Part shown: piece after piece, positions 12,543 through 25,169 of the stretch
How positions within the stretch are numbered: position 1 is the first letter of the stretch
How the letters are laid out: each line of letters begins with the position of its first letter
Assembly: GCF_018350175.1 (NCBI RefSeq)
Contig: NC_058368.1
Location: 207,950,001 to 208,014,000, forward strand
Source of the DNA: Felis catus
Taxonomy: Eukaryota
Direction of reading: 5' to 3'
DNA: 64,000 nt
Position numbers and translations under genes: made by a program
The notes under the pieces: generated by a model
Seen by the model: only the letters and a program-made list of their open reading frames with translations
What the model was told of the DNA's origin: nothing
Database searches by the model: none

Positions 12543-13279
12543 TCTAGCCTTTTATCTTTTCTCTGAACTGCGAGGATCCACCCTCCTGATGTTGAAAACC
12601 CATGTCTGACTGAGCTGATGCTATCCGTTTCTGCTTTCCCAAAGCTTAAGCTGCTACTTTCTGCATAACTATTCTTCCTTTTACCTAGTTTGTCCCAACT
12701 GATCAAAATTCTGAGCAGAATAATTTTTTCCCTTATCACTTTTTCCACCCCCTGGGAGGTGAAGTGGTCCTTAGCCACATGAAGAATTTATTGCGTATGT
12801 TGTTCTTAGCTGACCTTACCCCCTTGTCTTGCCACATAATAAAATGCTCTGAGTCCTGCATTCTGCTAGTCGCTTTGGGTTTTGTTTGTTTGTTCATTGT
12901 TAACCGCAACTGAACTTTAAGTCTGGGAATAGTTTCCAAGTTTCTGGAAATAGTCTGGAAGTGGCTCCCCATCTTTCTGTTGTTGCTGTAGATCAATTTT
13001 GAGAAGAGATTCAACCTCAGAACCTCTTTGATTTCTCCCTGTCACTTGCCCCTCCCCCCACCCATGTTCAATGAGTGACTGTTCTCTCTTTATTTATTTT
13101 TTTTGACTGTTCTCTCTTTAAAATATCTCTTAGATCCTACTTTCATAACTATTCTACCCACAATAAATAAAACAAGTTCAGACTTTTGAAGTTTCTTAAC
13201 CTATGTTGTGACCATAACTCCCAAACTGGACTAGCCACCACACAGATTTTCTTGCTGGGATCCCTCCCATCCTGAACGG

Positions 13280-13540
13280 TTAACCCAAATCAGTCACACT
13301 TTCCAGTGGCTGGTTTAGGACTGGGCATGTGGCCAAATGCTGATCAAAGAAGTGTGAGGAGATGCCCACTGGGGACCTTTTAGGAAAGGTTTCTTTGCTC
13401 CTAAAATACCAAAGAGTCTGTTTCTTCACCCCGTTGGGGTATGCAGCATCTGGATATGATAGCAGAATCTTCAACAACCGTGCCTTGTGTGCGGCACACG
13501 GAGGCTGCCCTTCCCGTGTATTTCTTGTTATGTGAAATCT
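13280..13540 (+). mobile_element. MLT1 (J/K-like) LTR fragment
   Basis: GTGGCTGGTTTAGGACTGGGCATGTGGCCAA...GGAAAGGTTTCTTTGCTCCT. Confidence 0.55.
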
Positions 13541-13555
13541 CAGCTGTTCGTTTTT

Positions 13556-13760
13556 ATTTTTTAATTTTTTTAAATGTTTATTCATTTTTGAGAGAGTGTG
13601 AGCTGAGAAGAGTCAGAGAAAGGGGGAGGGGGGCAGAAGACCCCAAACGGGCTCTGAGCAGACGGCAGTGAGCCATTTGTGGGGCTTGAACTCATGAACT
13701 GTGAGAACATGACCTGAGCCAAAGTTGGGCGCTCAACTGACCCAGCCACCCAGGTGCCCC
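13556..13760 (-). mobile_element. Can-SINE
   Basis: Ends CCACCCAGGTGCCCC; TSD TCAGCTGTTC(G/A)TTTTT. Confidence 0.95.
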
Positions 13761-13792
13761 TCAGCTGTTCATTTTTTAAATATAGAGCATCC

Positions 13793-14016
13793 GGAGGCAG
13801 CTGGATGGCTCAGTCGGTTAAGTGTCTGACTTCGGCTTAGGTCATGATCTCACAGTTTGTGGGTTTGAGCCCCACATTGGGCTCTGTGCTGACAGCTCAG
13901 AGCCTGGAGCCTGCTTTGGATTCTGTGTCTCATTCTCTCTCGGCCCCTCCCCCACTTGTGCTCTGTCTCTCTCTGTCTCTCAAAAGTAAATAAATAAATG
14001 TAAAAAATTTTTTTTC
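13793..14016 (+). mobile_element. Can-SINE
   Basis: Head GGAGGCAGCTGGATGGCTCAG; TSD AATATAGAGCA. Confidence 0.95.
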
Positions 14017-14118
14017 AATATAGAGCAATCTAAACAGATAAAGCAGCCTTTCTGCTTATCAGCTTCCCATTTTCTTTCTTACTCATGCTAGATCAACCAC
14101 CAAAAAACACAAAACACA

Positions 14119-14334
14119 TTTTTTTTTAAACATTTATTTATTATAGAGACAGAGAGAGACAGAGCATGTGCATGTGAGGGGCAGAGAGGGAGGGAGACAC
14201 AGATTCCGAAGCAAGCTCCAGGCTCTGAGCTGTCAGCACAGAGCCTGATGCGGGGCTCGAACTACTCACAGACCACGAGATCATGACCTGAGCCAAAGTC
14301 GGATGCTTCACTGACTGAGCCATCCAGGTGCCCC
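14119..14334 (-). mobile_element. Can-SINE
   Basis: Ends CATCCAGGTGCCCC; TSD AAACACAAAACAC. Confidence 0.95.
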
Positions 14335-14659
14335 GAAACACAAAACACCTTTACAATTCATTCCTTTCTGCAAGTTACCTTCTGTGAAGGGAATTGAGAA
14401 TTAGAGGCCAGAGTCCAAGATTATAAGAATTTGTACATTTCTGCAGCTTTGTTACCTCCCCGTGTTTGTTATTGTCTTATACTATCCATGCTTGTTTGTT
14501 TTCATTCATTCAGTAAACATTTGTTGAGTGTATGTTTTCAGGTGCTATGCTATACCCTGTAGGTAAAAAATAATAATAATGATGATGATGATGATGATGA
14601 GTTAAGAATCAGTTTCTGCCATCAGAGAATTTACAGCAGAGTGAAGGAATATGGCAGCC

Positions 14660-15090
14660 ACTAATGCTGCCCCTTCAGTAGACACCCACCCTATTTTTCC
14701 TTCTTAACAGAACCCCAGTTTTGTTCAGACAGTAATGTGTCTGGCCAGAGAGGATGATTTGTAATTTGTCTAGGAGTGCGCATGTGAATGAAACTTTAGG
14801 GGAAATCTACCAGAGACTTAGGGAAGAATTCTCTTTCTGGTAAAAGGCCTGAACTACCTATTTCCTTCCTTCTTGTTATACAAGACCATGATGTGTAAAG
14901 CAGTGGTGGCCATCTTGAAATTGACGGAAAAGCCAATTGAATCAGAGAGATGCTGACAAAATCCCATAAAATCATTAAACTCTTGATCCAACTTTGGAAC
15001 TATGTGCATCCAGATTTAATTCTCTATAAGGTAATCAAGTGCTTTCCTTATTGAAGCCATTATTAGTTGGATTGTCTTACTAAAACACAG
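14660..15090 (+). mobile_element. MLT1 (J/K-like) LTR
   Basis: CCTTCTTAACAGAACCCCAGTTTTGTTCAG start; GAAGCCATTATTAGTTGG end. Confidence 0.55.
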
Positions 15091-15329
15091 GAGAAAACCA
15101 GGCAAAGTAATATGTGAAATATAGTATAATAAATGTGATTATTGAGTTATGCATAAGAAGGCAATATACTTAGAAGTATAAAGAGATAAATAACTTTGTC
15201 CCTGACTCTACGAACCAAGATCCAGGAGGAAGCAGACCCATCAATGCATATTTGCAGTACGTGTGATAAATGCATGATAGAAATCTTTGCAGAGAAATAG
15301 GAACATACCAAAGAGGAAAATCTGACTTC

Positions 15330-17560
15330 TGTGTCTGTAATGTTTGTTCATTATGAGAGTAAGTTTATGTATTTTTGGCAGGAGCACCACAGAGGTCACA
15401 CTGCATCCTTCTGAGTGCATCACATCAGTAGGTATATCAGTAGGTACGTGATCAATTTGTCCCATTACTGGCAATATTAAATTGGATTACAAGGTTCAGA
15501 AGGTGTTTTCCAGGTTCGCTTCTTTAGATTTGCCATTTCCCCTTGTCATTAATAAGTATTTTGTGAAAAGATATTTGAGACAACATAGATATGCCATGTT
15601 TTAAAAAATGTTTATTTATTTTGAGAGAGAGAGAGAGAGTGAAAGCAGGGGAGGGACAGAGAGAGAGACAGGGAGAGAGAGAATCCCAACTGGGCTCCCC
15701 ACTGTCAACACTGAGCCCAACATGGGGCTCGATCCCACGAACTGTGAGATCATGACCTGAGCTGAAATCAAGAGTTGGACACTCAACTGACTGAACCACC
15801 CACGTGCCCCTAGATTTACCATTTCTTATCAAACTTTCAGCCACTGGTTTTAGCATCTAATGATGATGCTTGCTGAATAGATTATTACAAGGATGTTTGT
15901 GAAATGATTTTTAAAACTCCTTTATTTCTTCTATGTTTATTTTGTGGCAGTATATTACAGAGAATAGTTTTTCCTACTCCCTCATTTACTCATCATTCAT
16001 TCATTTGTTCGTATCAGTATGAACTTACCAATTCCTATTTTATTCAGTAGGTAATCTGTAAATATAATTTATTTTGATGCTCAGATTATCCCAGATTTGG
16101 CAGTGGGAACCGCTTCAAACTTTCTTCTGCGCCATTATTCTTTAAGAATGTCCTTAATTTGCTGTACAAGAAGATATTCGTGATTCATCTTGAACTTTTC
16201 CTGCACTAGTTGTAAAATCAGCCATATCTCCAAGCGACCCAGTTTTCTTTTCATGGAGGACAGGTTGAAATTCAGAAACTAAGATCTGGGCATAGGAGTG
16301 AGTGTTCACTGCTGCTGAGGTGTCATTGCTTCTAGACCTTCTCAGTGGACATAGGAAATGGATATATGTGTATACACATCTATACATTCATCCATATCTA
16401 CACAGATGTGGATATAACATCTATGTCTATATCCCTACAAAGATATAGAAGTTAATATATATCTATATCGTATAGATCTAAAATAAACCATGAGGCCATG
16501 TTGATACTTCCAATTCTAATCCAACACAACCTTCTCTGACAATGAGAAATCTGACCCCATTATCCTCCATGTATTAACTTGTTTCATCCTGTAATACACT
16601 GAAAGCAGTTTTATAGCCACCGACCCCTGCACTGTGACAAACTATGGCAAATTCAACTGACTTGGTTCATAGTTGTTTACAGTTCTTGTTCTAGTCTGAG
16701 GGTATATGATACTATGTGCAAAAATTACTTGGGTTGGCTCTTCCCCTCCTATGTTAGATGATGTCTTGACTTGAAATATGGTTAAGTTTGTTTTTGTTTG
16801 CATGCCATTTTATTTATTTTATTTTAGGTTCTGTTTTCCCCATTTATAAAAATTTTATTATTGCATAATTGTTTTGAGTGTATAAACACAATTCCAAAAG
16901 TCAAAACTGTACAGCAATACTCAGTGTCACTCCCCCACCTCTTGTGTCTTCTACCGTATTCACCTCTACCTCTTGTATCTCTAAGTATCCGTTGTTTTTT
17001 AAGGAGATACATGCGTATTTTCTTATCTATCCACTTTTGTAGAAAAGGTGGCACCATATAGATATCTTTTTGTAATTTGCTCTTTTTACCTAAAAATATG
17101 GTCCATAAACGTCACCCTCAATTATTTATGGCTGTGTAGAACTCCATTATGTGGATACAACATAGTTTATTTAATGACTTTCCTACATTTACAGTATTTA
17201 CAATCACAAACAACACTGCATTGAGTAACCTCTCGCATATATATTTCTATGTTTCTGGAGGTGTATCTTCAGAGAAAGTTCCTAAATATGAGATTGCTGA
17301 GTCAAGTAAACACATACGTAGTTTTGTTAAATACTGTAACATTCTTCTCTTCAAAGATTGTACTAATTTTCATTCCCATCAGTAGGGCATTAGGGATTCC
17401 CGTTTCCCCACAACCTCACCCACAAAGTGTGGTGACAGACTTTAACATTTTAACCAGTCATGTAGGTGAGAAATGATACCTCAGAGTAGTCTGAATTTCG
17501 ATTTCTCTTCATATGTTCAAGTGATGTTCAACTATGTGTATGTGTCTATTCTGTTCATGT
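15330..17560 (-). mobile_element. Old L1 fragments (L1MC4-like 3' region plus L1ME-like), SINE-interrupted
   Basis: GATGCTCAGATTATCCCAGATTTGGCAGTGGG, AATCAGCCATATCTCCAAG and TTCATTCCCATCAG motifs of antisense L1M 3' sequence. Confidence 0.7.
15599..15810 (-). mobile_element. Can-SINE
   Basis: (GA)n tract; ends CCACCCACGTGCCCC; degenerate TSD TAGAT(A/T)T(G/A)CCAT. Confidence 0.95.
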
Positions 17561-17613
17561 CTTTTGCTTGTTTCTTTTGTTTTGTTTTGTTTTGTTTATT
17601 TATAGAATGTTTA

Positions 17614-17783
17614 GGGGTACCTGGGTGGTTCAGTTGGTTGAGCGTCCGACTTCAGCCCAGGTCATGATCTTGTGGATCATGGATTCGATCCCCATCTCAG
17701 GCTCTGTGCTGACGTCTTAATGCCTAGAGCCTGCTATGGATTCTGAGTCTCCCTTTCTCTCTGCCCCTTTCCCACTCTCTCTC

Positions 17784-17814
<31 letters not shown>

Positions 17815-17843
17815 CGCTCTCTCAAAAAAAACATTTAAAAAAA
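17614..17843 (+). mobile_element. Can-SINE
   Basis: GGGGTACCTGGGTGGTTCAG head, long (CT)n, A tail. Confidence 0.95.
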
Positions 17844-17845
17844 GG

Positions 17846-18042
17846 TTTTTAATGTTTATTTTTTTGAGAGAGAGAGAGTAGTGGGTGGGGCAGAAAGAGA
17901 GAGGGAGAGAGAGAATCCCAAATAGGCTCCATTCGGTCAGCACACTGTTGGACGCAGGGTTCAGTCTCATGAGCCATGAGATCATAACCTGAACTGAAAT
18001 CAAGAGTTGGATGCTCAACCGACTGAGCCACCCAGATGCCCC
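17846..18042 (-). mobile_element. Can-SINE
   Basis: Ends GACTGAGCCACCCAGATGCCCC. Confidence 0.95.
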
Positions 18043-18044
18043 TG

Positions 18045-18478
18045 TTTTTTTGTTGTTTTGTTTTTTTTATTTTTTAATTTAAATTTTAGATATTTAACAT
18101 ACAGTACAGTATTGGTTTCAGGAGTAGAATTCGGTGATTCATCACTTACATACAACACCCAGTGCTCATCACAAGTGTCTTCCTTAGTACCCATCACTCA
18201 ACCCCCCCCCCCAGCTGCCTCTGTCAACTCTGAGTTTGTTCTCTATCTTTAAGAGTCTCTTGTGGTTTGCTTCCCTTTCTTCTTGTTTTCCTCCCCCTTT
18301 CCAATCGTTCATCTGTTTTGTTTCTTAAATTTCATATGTGAGTGAAATCATATGGTATTTGTCTTTCTCTGATTGACTTATTTCACTTAGCATAATGCAT
18401 TCTAGCTTCATCCACATCATTGCAAATGGCAAGATTTCATTCTTTTTGATGGCTGAGTAATATTCATATATATATATG

Positions 18479-18526
<48 letters not shown>

Positions 18527-18669
18527 CCACATCTTCTTTATCCACTCACCAGCTGATGGACATTTGGGCTCTCCCCGTACTTTGGCTATTGTTGATAATG
18601 CTGCTATAAACATTGGCATGCACGTGCCTCTTCAAATTTTTATTTTTCTATCCTTTGGGTAAATACCTA
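18045..18669 (-). mobile_element. Carnivore-type L1 3' end (ORF2 C-terminus plus 3' UTR), 5'-truncated
   Basis: GATTCATCACTTACATACAACACCCAGTGCTCATCACAAG and GAGTGAAATCATATGGTATTTGTCTTTCTCTGA..GACTTATTTCACTTAGCATAAT. Confidence 0.9.
18466..18522. repeat. (TA)n microsatellite within L1
   Basis: Direct reading. Confidence 0.95.
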
Positions 18670-18689
18670 AAGGACTACCAGGTCTCTTT

Positions 18690-19440
18690 CTGTGATTTTT
18701 TAAATGAATTCTTTATGTATTATGGATATCAGCTCTTTATCTATAATATATGTTGCAAATAGCTTCCAGTTTGTCTTTGTCAACTTTGTTTATAGTGTTT
18801 ATAGTGCTGTTGTTGTTGTTGTTGTTGGATTTTTTGTTTGTTTTTTGCCATGCAACATTTTTTTTTGTAAGTTTTTACATCTTTTATTGCCTCTGGGTTT
18901 TAAGTCATAGTCAGAGGTCTTTCTTTATACCAAAGTTATAGAGAATTCACCCACATATTCTTCTCCCATCTGTGTGGTTTCACGTTTTATATTTTTATCT
19001 CTGATTCATTGAAGTTTATTCTTATTTATGGCATGAGATGTGAATCTATCTAGTTTGTCTCAGCAGCTTTGTTAAAACATTCATCTTTGTTTTAGGGATT
19101 TAAAATACTACCACTTTCACACACAAATTTTCCTTGGGTACTTGGGTCTAGTTTTTTGTTTGTTTGTTTGTTTGTTTTTGCTTTATTTTCTATTCTATTT
19201 TGTCTCTGTTCACATAGCGGTACCATACTGTTTTAATTATGGAGGCTTTATAATATGTCTTAATATCCTTAATCCTCTTGTACCTTTTCTCATTTTACTT
19301 TTCTAATTTTACTATCAACTTATGTAGCTCCATTGTGAAAAAACTTTTTGGTATTTGTACTGAGAACGCATTAAATTTATAAGTTAACTTGGGGAGACTG
19401 ACCTCTTTTTGGTGCTGAATTGTTCTATCCAAGAACAAGA
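18690..19440 (-). mobile_element. Old L1M ORF2-region relic
   Basis: TTCTTTATGTATTATGGATATCAG, TACCATACTGTTTTAATTAT, GCATTAAATTTATAAGTTAACTTGGGGAGACTGAC. Confidence 0.7.
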
Positions 19441-19566
19441 GATGGAAAGTAATTCTTGATTTGCATCTTAAAAGTTGGACGGGTAATAAATGCGTGAAAA
19501 GGATGGAAAATCACCCAGACAAGAAACAGCATGGTACCTGCATGACAAGTCAGAAGTTAGCACTTA

Positions 19567-19626
19567 TTTTTTAATTTCATCTTTAATTTTAATTTTTTAT
19601 TAAAAATTTTTTAATGTTTATTCATT

Positions 19627-19664
<38 letters not shown>

Positions 19665-19835
19665 CAAGAGAGGGAGGGGCAGAGAGAGAGAGAAAGGGAG
19701 ACACAGAATCTGAAGCAGGCTCCAGGCTCTGAGCTGTTGGCACAGAGCCTGATGCGGGGCTCAAACTTCCAAACCACAAGGTCATGACCAGAGCCCAAGT
19801 CGGAGGCCTAACCAACTGAGCCACCCAGGTGACCC
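19567..19835 (-). mobile_element. Can-SINE
   Basis: TSD AGAAGTTAG(C/T)ACTTA at 19552 and 19836. Confidence 0.95.
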
Positions 19836-20359
19836 AGAAGTTAGTACTTAGAAGTTGAAGGAAGAGATGTAGAGACTGTGAACTCATTCACAGACCCTAC
19901 CCGTAAAACTTGTTCATCAGTGGCTAAAAAAGAGCTAGGTAAATGCTGTTACCCCATTCAGTCAGTCACAGGGGAAACCAAATCTCAAATGGTGAGCTGA
20001 TGGTGAAAGCCAACAGGGAGCAGCAGCTGAGGCTCTGGGGCCATGGCCAGAGAAAAGACGATTCTCGGGCATACCAGGCTCAAGACCACTGGCCGGTCCC
20101 AGCTACTGTCCCATATTCCTCATGGTGCCCTGATTGTCAGCCACATACAACTCTTCACAAGGCCTTCTCTTCATGCCTTTGCACAAGTTTCCTAGAATCC
20201 TCTGACCCCATGTTCGATGAATTTCAACGTATCCCCCAAAACCTGACATACCATTATCTTTTCTGGGAAGCTTTCCTGATGGGCCCATCTCTTCTCCCTC
20301 CCATGGCACTGGTTGCTCCTTTTCTGTAGGTACAAATAGCAGTCCTGAAAATTATCATT

Positions 20360-20600
20360 TTGATGATCGTAAACATTTGTCCAGTGTTCCAATGTGCTCA
20401 GAATTGTGTTAAATGCTTTATGCCCACTACTGTACTTAAGCCTCATGACCACCCTATGGAATATCTACCATTATTAGCCTCATTCTGCAGATGATAAGTG
20501 TAAGCAATTTGTCCAGGTCCAACAGCTGGTGCGTGGCAGGCGTGAAGTTTAAACCCAGCTCTGTCTGATATCAAAGCTGCTGTATGTATTTACTACGCTG
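20360..20600 (-). mobile_element. MIR relic
   Basis: CATTATTAGCCTCATTCTGCAGATGA...TTTAAACCCAGCTCTGTCTGA. Confidence 0.7.
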
Positions 20601-20639
20601 GTCCACTACTTTTTGCCAGTTAGCTCTTGGCAGAATGTT

Positions 20640-20775
20640 TTCCTACGGTAATGTACGTGCTTTGAAGGCAGGGACAAATTCTGGTTTTTCTTAAATTTCC
20701 AAAGCCTACCAAAGGACCTGGCATATATTAGGTTCTCCAGCAATTGTTGTTGAGTGAGTGAATCAATGAATGACT
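20640..20775 (+). mobile_element. L2 3' end
   Basis: CTTTGAAGGCAGGGAC...CCTGGCATATATTAGG...TGTTGTTGAGTGAGTGAATCAATGAATGA. Confidence 0.65.
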
Positions 20776-23003
20776 GAAACACTCAAATATTCCCATTGCC
20801 TACAGAATGAAGTCTATCATTCAAGGTTTCTTACTAATCTTATATCCTGCCTTCCTTTAAATGGATCCTCCTGCAGACAGAACATATCTTGCCTTATCAG
20901 CCTCCTGCCATGTTGTATTTTGTATTTTGGGTATGTGCACCCATATTATGTATTTTATTTCAGATGGTCATGTTGCCTATCATCTTTGAATCCTTTGCGG
21001 TACCTATGGCAGTGTTGTGCAAGTGAATACAGTCAACGCATGTTTGCTAAATGAATGATGAATGACAGGCAGTTGTCAATCATGTGAGTGCAGGGTTCTT
21101 GGGAAGTCCTCTGTCATCCCAACCTCTCTACTCAGGTAAATTAGGCTCAAAATACTACAATTTGGGCATTTATTCTTTTGAATTCCTCCGAATTTATCTT
21201 CTTATTCTTATTCTTAATTCTTTGCATTCCCATTGATCTCATTCAACCCAGGATGATGTCTATGTTTCCCTCCTGATTCTTTGGGAGTCAATGGTAGAAC
21301 CAAGTACCCATCCTACGGAGGATACCAAGGGCTTCAAACGTTGAGGTGGGCCCTGAAAGTCACGTCTAGAATCAGCAGGCAGAGGACAGACTTCACCTGG
21401 CTACTCTGACTGTGTTTTCAGCTAATCCATGGCAGAGAATAAATGCTCCACTCTCAGCGGCTTCCTGTGGATTTGTGACGTTAGTAAAGCAAGGTGCCAT
21501 GTGTGTTTTGTTACTTCTGCTTCCCTCCTAATGGCCATTTATCCCAAACCATTCTCCTTTCACCTGCTTAAGACTAGACTAGGTAAATAGTTGTCTGAAA
21601 CACAAACCTATTATTATCAGCTGTGGGAGTAAAAGAGTCAATTCAGGCACAGTTTATCAGTTTCCCAGGCACCTTGGAAACTCCCTTGTGCCTTAGGGTA
21701 AAGTGCACATTACTAGTCTAGATTTTTGTAGGTTTGATCAGAAGTCACACCTTCAAAGGCCAAAGCTGCATGACCGAAATATTATTGATTCCAGGCCCTG
21801 GATCTGAAGTCACCATCCTGGGGTACGTTTAACGTCTTTCAGAAACCCAAAGGCAGTACCAAACGTCCATTTCCTAGGAGATGAACATTCCATTCCTTGG
21901 ATTGTTTTCTCTCTCAACTCATTAATTTTCACTCAGTTACTTTTCCATTGGAGTGCGGGTCTTTTCGGCCAACTTGCTCCCCTTTGGAGATCCAAGGAAG
22001 GGCCTGCTCCTCATTTCCCTCCAGCTCATCCCTGCCTCAGCATACCTGACCTGACCCTACATCTCTGCAGGCTCTGCAGCTGTCTGGGGCAAGGAACACA
22101 CAGAGCACCTGCCCCGCTAAGCACTGTCACCATGCGCCAGTGAGCTGGGGGTCTACAAACTGCCGAGTTCTAATTAAGAACCATTTTATAGGGAAATGTG
22201 ACTATTGACCAAGGCCAGAGGGGAAACCGAGTACAAATGCTCGTCCCCTGATGGTGCAGAGAGGTTTCCGTCTCCTCTCTAGGATATTCTCACCAGCCTG
22301 AACTCTCGCTGTATCTTCTGACACTTACCTTTACCAGTCACAGCCCATGGGCTGTCACTCAGCCAGGAAGGCCCAGCAGTCCCAAACCATCCCCTGTGGT
22401 CAAGCGGAACAGCTGCACCAAAAAGGATTTGCAGTCCAGTCTCCCATCTTACCAAATTTTCCAGCTGGATGGACAACAAGCCCTATGGGGTTAAGAGATG
22501 TAACCCTAGGTCACAGAGTGAGTCAGTTGTTCAGCTATGTTATAAAATGTGGGCCCATTCATGCTTCCAGGACTTCTCTCTGCCCAGCAGCCCACATACT
22601 CCCTCTTCTGCAGTAAGATTGGCCTGCCTGCAGAGAAATGGAATTATGCTATTAGCAAGTGGTTTCTGACTCTTGCAGAAACACCAGCAAGAATAGCCAC
22701 TTCTACATGTTTTAAGAGAGCTGTTTCTTTTGGCAATACTTCACTCTATTGTACATTCCTGTCACTTAATTGTCCCTGCAAAGATAAACAAAGACCTTCT
22801 GAAACAGAGCTGGAAGCTGTGTAACAGCCAACCAAATGTTGGCTAAATCGAGGAGGAAAAGGGGGTTAGCTCTATGTGCTCAGCTGTGCTCTGAAATGAC
22901 ACCGTCTTCTCTCCACACTTATCCAGTTCCCGAACCTCTGTACTTCTATCTTACTAATAGCCTTCAATTCTGAAAGAAAATTTAAAAATACGCCCTAATT
23001 CTT

Positions 23004-23219
23004 GGGGCGCCTGGGTGGCTCAGTCAGTTATGCGTCTGACTTCGGCTCATCTCACAGCTCATGAGTTCGAGTCCCGCGTCGGGCTCTGTGCTGACAGCTC
23101 GGAGCCTGGAGCCTGTTTCGGGTTCTGTGTCTCCCTCTCTGCCTGCACCCCCTCCCCCTGCTCAAGCTCTGTCTCTCTCCCTCTCTCAAAAATAAATAAA
23201 CAGTAAAAATAATTTTTTT
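23004..23219 (+). mobile_element. Can-SINE
   Basis: GGGGCGCCTGGGTGGCTCAG head; TSD AAA(A/G)TAC(G/A)CCCTAATTCTT. Confidence 0.95.
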
Positions 23220-24109
23220 AAAGTACACCCTAATTCTTTATCTCATTATGATCAAACTGCTTCCTCTGACCTTCAGAGTTGTTTGATGAGTTCAAAGCTC
23301 ACACATGACAGTGTCCAGTTTCTTTCTTGCTCTTTAAGTATATCGCATCATTATAATGACATTGATGAGGAGCGTGAACAAACACCTTCAAATATCTTAG
23401 CAGACATTGATAGATGACCCTCGTGAGCTATGAGCTGTGCAGAACATGGACCTAAACAGGGTCTCCCCCAGTGAAGGCAAGGAAAAAGGAAAACACAGCT
23501 GTTTATGCACATTTTTCTTCACCTTCAATGTGCAGTTTCTGGCTGGAGAGCCAGGGCAGATATCAGCGCAGTGGGGGGTCAGTTCCTGCCCACTGTGAGT
23601 TAATGATCTACAGGATGGTGAGGGCATGCCAATGTCCGTGGAGATGGCTAAGACCTTTTAAATGGAGGCAGAAGAATCATCCAGTGGCTTTCCTGAGTCT
23701 TTGGGAATATTGAAAATTAAAAGTCAATTTCTGAAGGTCATATGTAGAAGTCGAATGAGAGTAAGAGTGGTGTCCATTTTGGTCACACAATGTATTTCTG
23801 GAAACGTGTTCATGTTTGTTATGGCCCATGTGTTCTATCAAGAAACTTGTGAACTATGGAAATGCACATGTGAGAAATGGAAATGGGAGCCAGGACTCCC
23901 ATCTCCAATCCTCAGCTGCTGATCCTTCTACGAAGAATGTTGTCAGAAGGGAAAAAAAGGAAACTGGTAATGTTAAAATTATGATTTATCTTTTCAATTA
24001 TTAGAGAACTACCGAGCGTCTGGTACAGAAGAAATGACTTTTTGTGGCTCTTATCAGTTAATTGAAGGAAATAAGGGTGTCTTAAGATGCAAAGGACCCG
24101 AGAGAGGAG

Positions 24110-24420
24110 TTAATTGCTGCCTTTGCACATGCTGTTCCTTCTGCCTGGAACACCACTCTGCCTGGTTCATTCTTCCCTCCTGTCACCTCCATGAAGAAGC
24201 CAGACTTAGTCTTCTCAAGCTCATACCCATCCTGTGTGATCTCCTAGCTTTCTCACTTTCATAATATATACCTTATTATATTTTGTTTGCAATTACTCTG
24301 CCCAGCACTGTCTGCCCTTGACCCGAGCTCTTTCAGAATAAAGACGCTTTCTGTTTTACATGTTCATTCCTCAAGCCCAGCACACAGTAAGCCTATATCC
24401 AATATTTGTTAAAATGAAAG
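24110..24420 (+). mobile_element. L2 3' region
   Basis: GCCTTTGCACATGCTGTTCCTTCTGCCTGGAAC...CAGCACACAGTAAG. Confidence 0.65.
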
Positions 24421-24491
24421 AATAAAATTATTTTTCCCCATGAAAGAAGGCAACTAACGAAAGATTTTAACGGTGTAGCTGAGGGAAGGAG

Positions 24492-24977
24492 TGTATGAGT
24501 TTTCTGCAGCTGCTGTAACAAAGTACCACAAACTAAGAAGCTTAAAACAATAGAAATCTATTCTCCCACAGTTCTGGAGGCCAGAAGTCTGAAGTCAGCC
24601 GCCCTAGGTAGAAGTCAAGTGGCAACACGGCTGTGCTTCTTTCATAAGCTATAGGGGAGAATCGGTTGCTTGGTTTTCCCAGGTTCTGGTGACGACCACA
24701 TTCCTTGGCTCATGGATACATCACTCCACTCCCAATCCCTCTCTGCTCTGCCTACGTGCTTCTTTCTTCTCCCTGGGGGTGTCAAATCTGCCTCCATTTC
24801 TCTCTTAAGGATAAGTGTGATTACATTTAGGGCCCACCCAGATAACCCAAGATGATCTCATCCGAAGATTCTCAAATTGATCATATCTGCCAAAACTTTG
24901 CCATATGAAATCACATTTACAGGCTGTAGGGATTAAGGAATGGATATGTTTGAAGGGGTGTTTTTCAGTCTACCACA
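24492..24977 (-). mobile_element. MLT1C/D-like full-length solo LTR
   Basis: TGTATGAGTTTTC..GCTGCTGTAACAAAGTACCACAAACT...CAGTTCTGGAGGCCAGAAGTCTGAA...TTCAGTCTACCACA; TG..CA termini. Confidence 0.85.
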
Positions 24978-25169
24978 GGAGGCTTAGAAAGAAAATTGTT
25001 TTCATGATGATAAAGGAGCTAGCGAAAAGTAATTTGAGGAAGAGTAACATAACTGATAGAATGACTCAAATCTTTGAAAATGAAGAAGTTGTTAAAGAGG
25101 AAATGAAAGAGAGGTTATCATTAAAAAGGAGTCAATATATTTAATTGGCAGTCTAGGGAAACAAATTCT

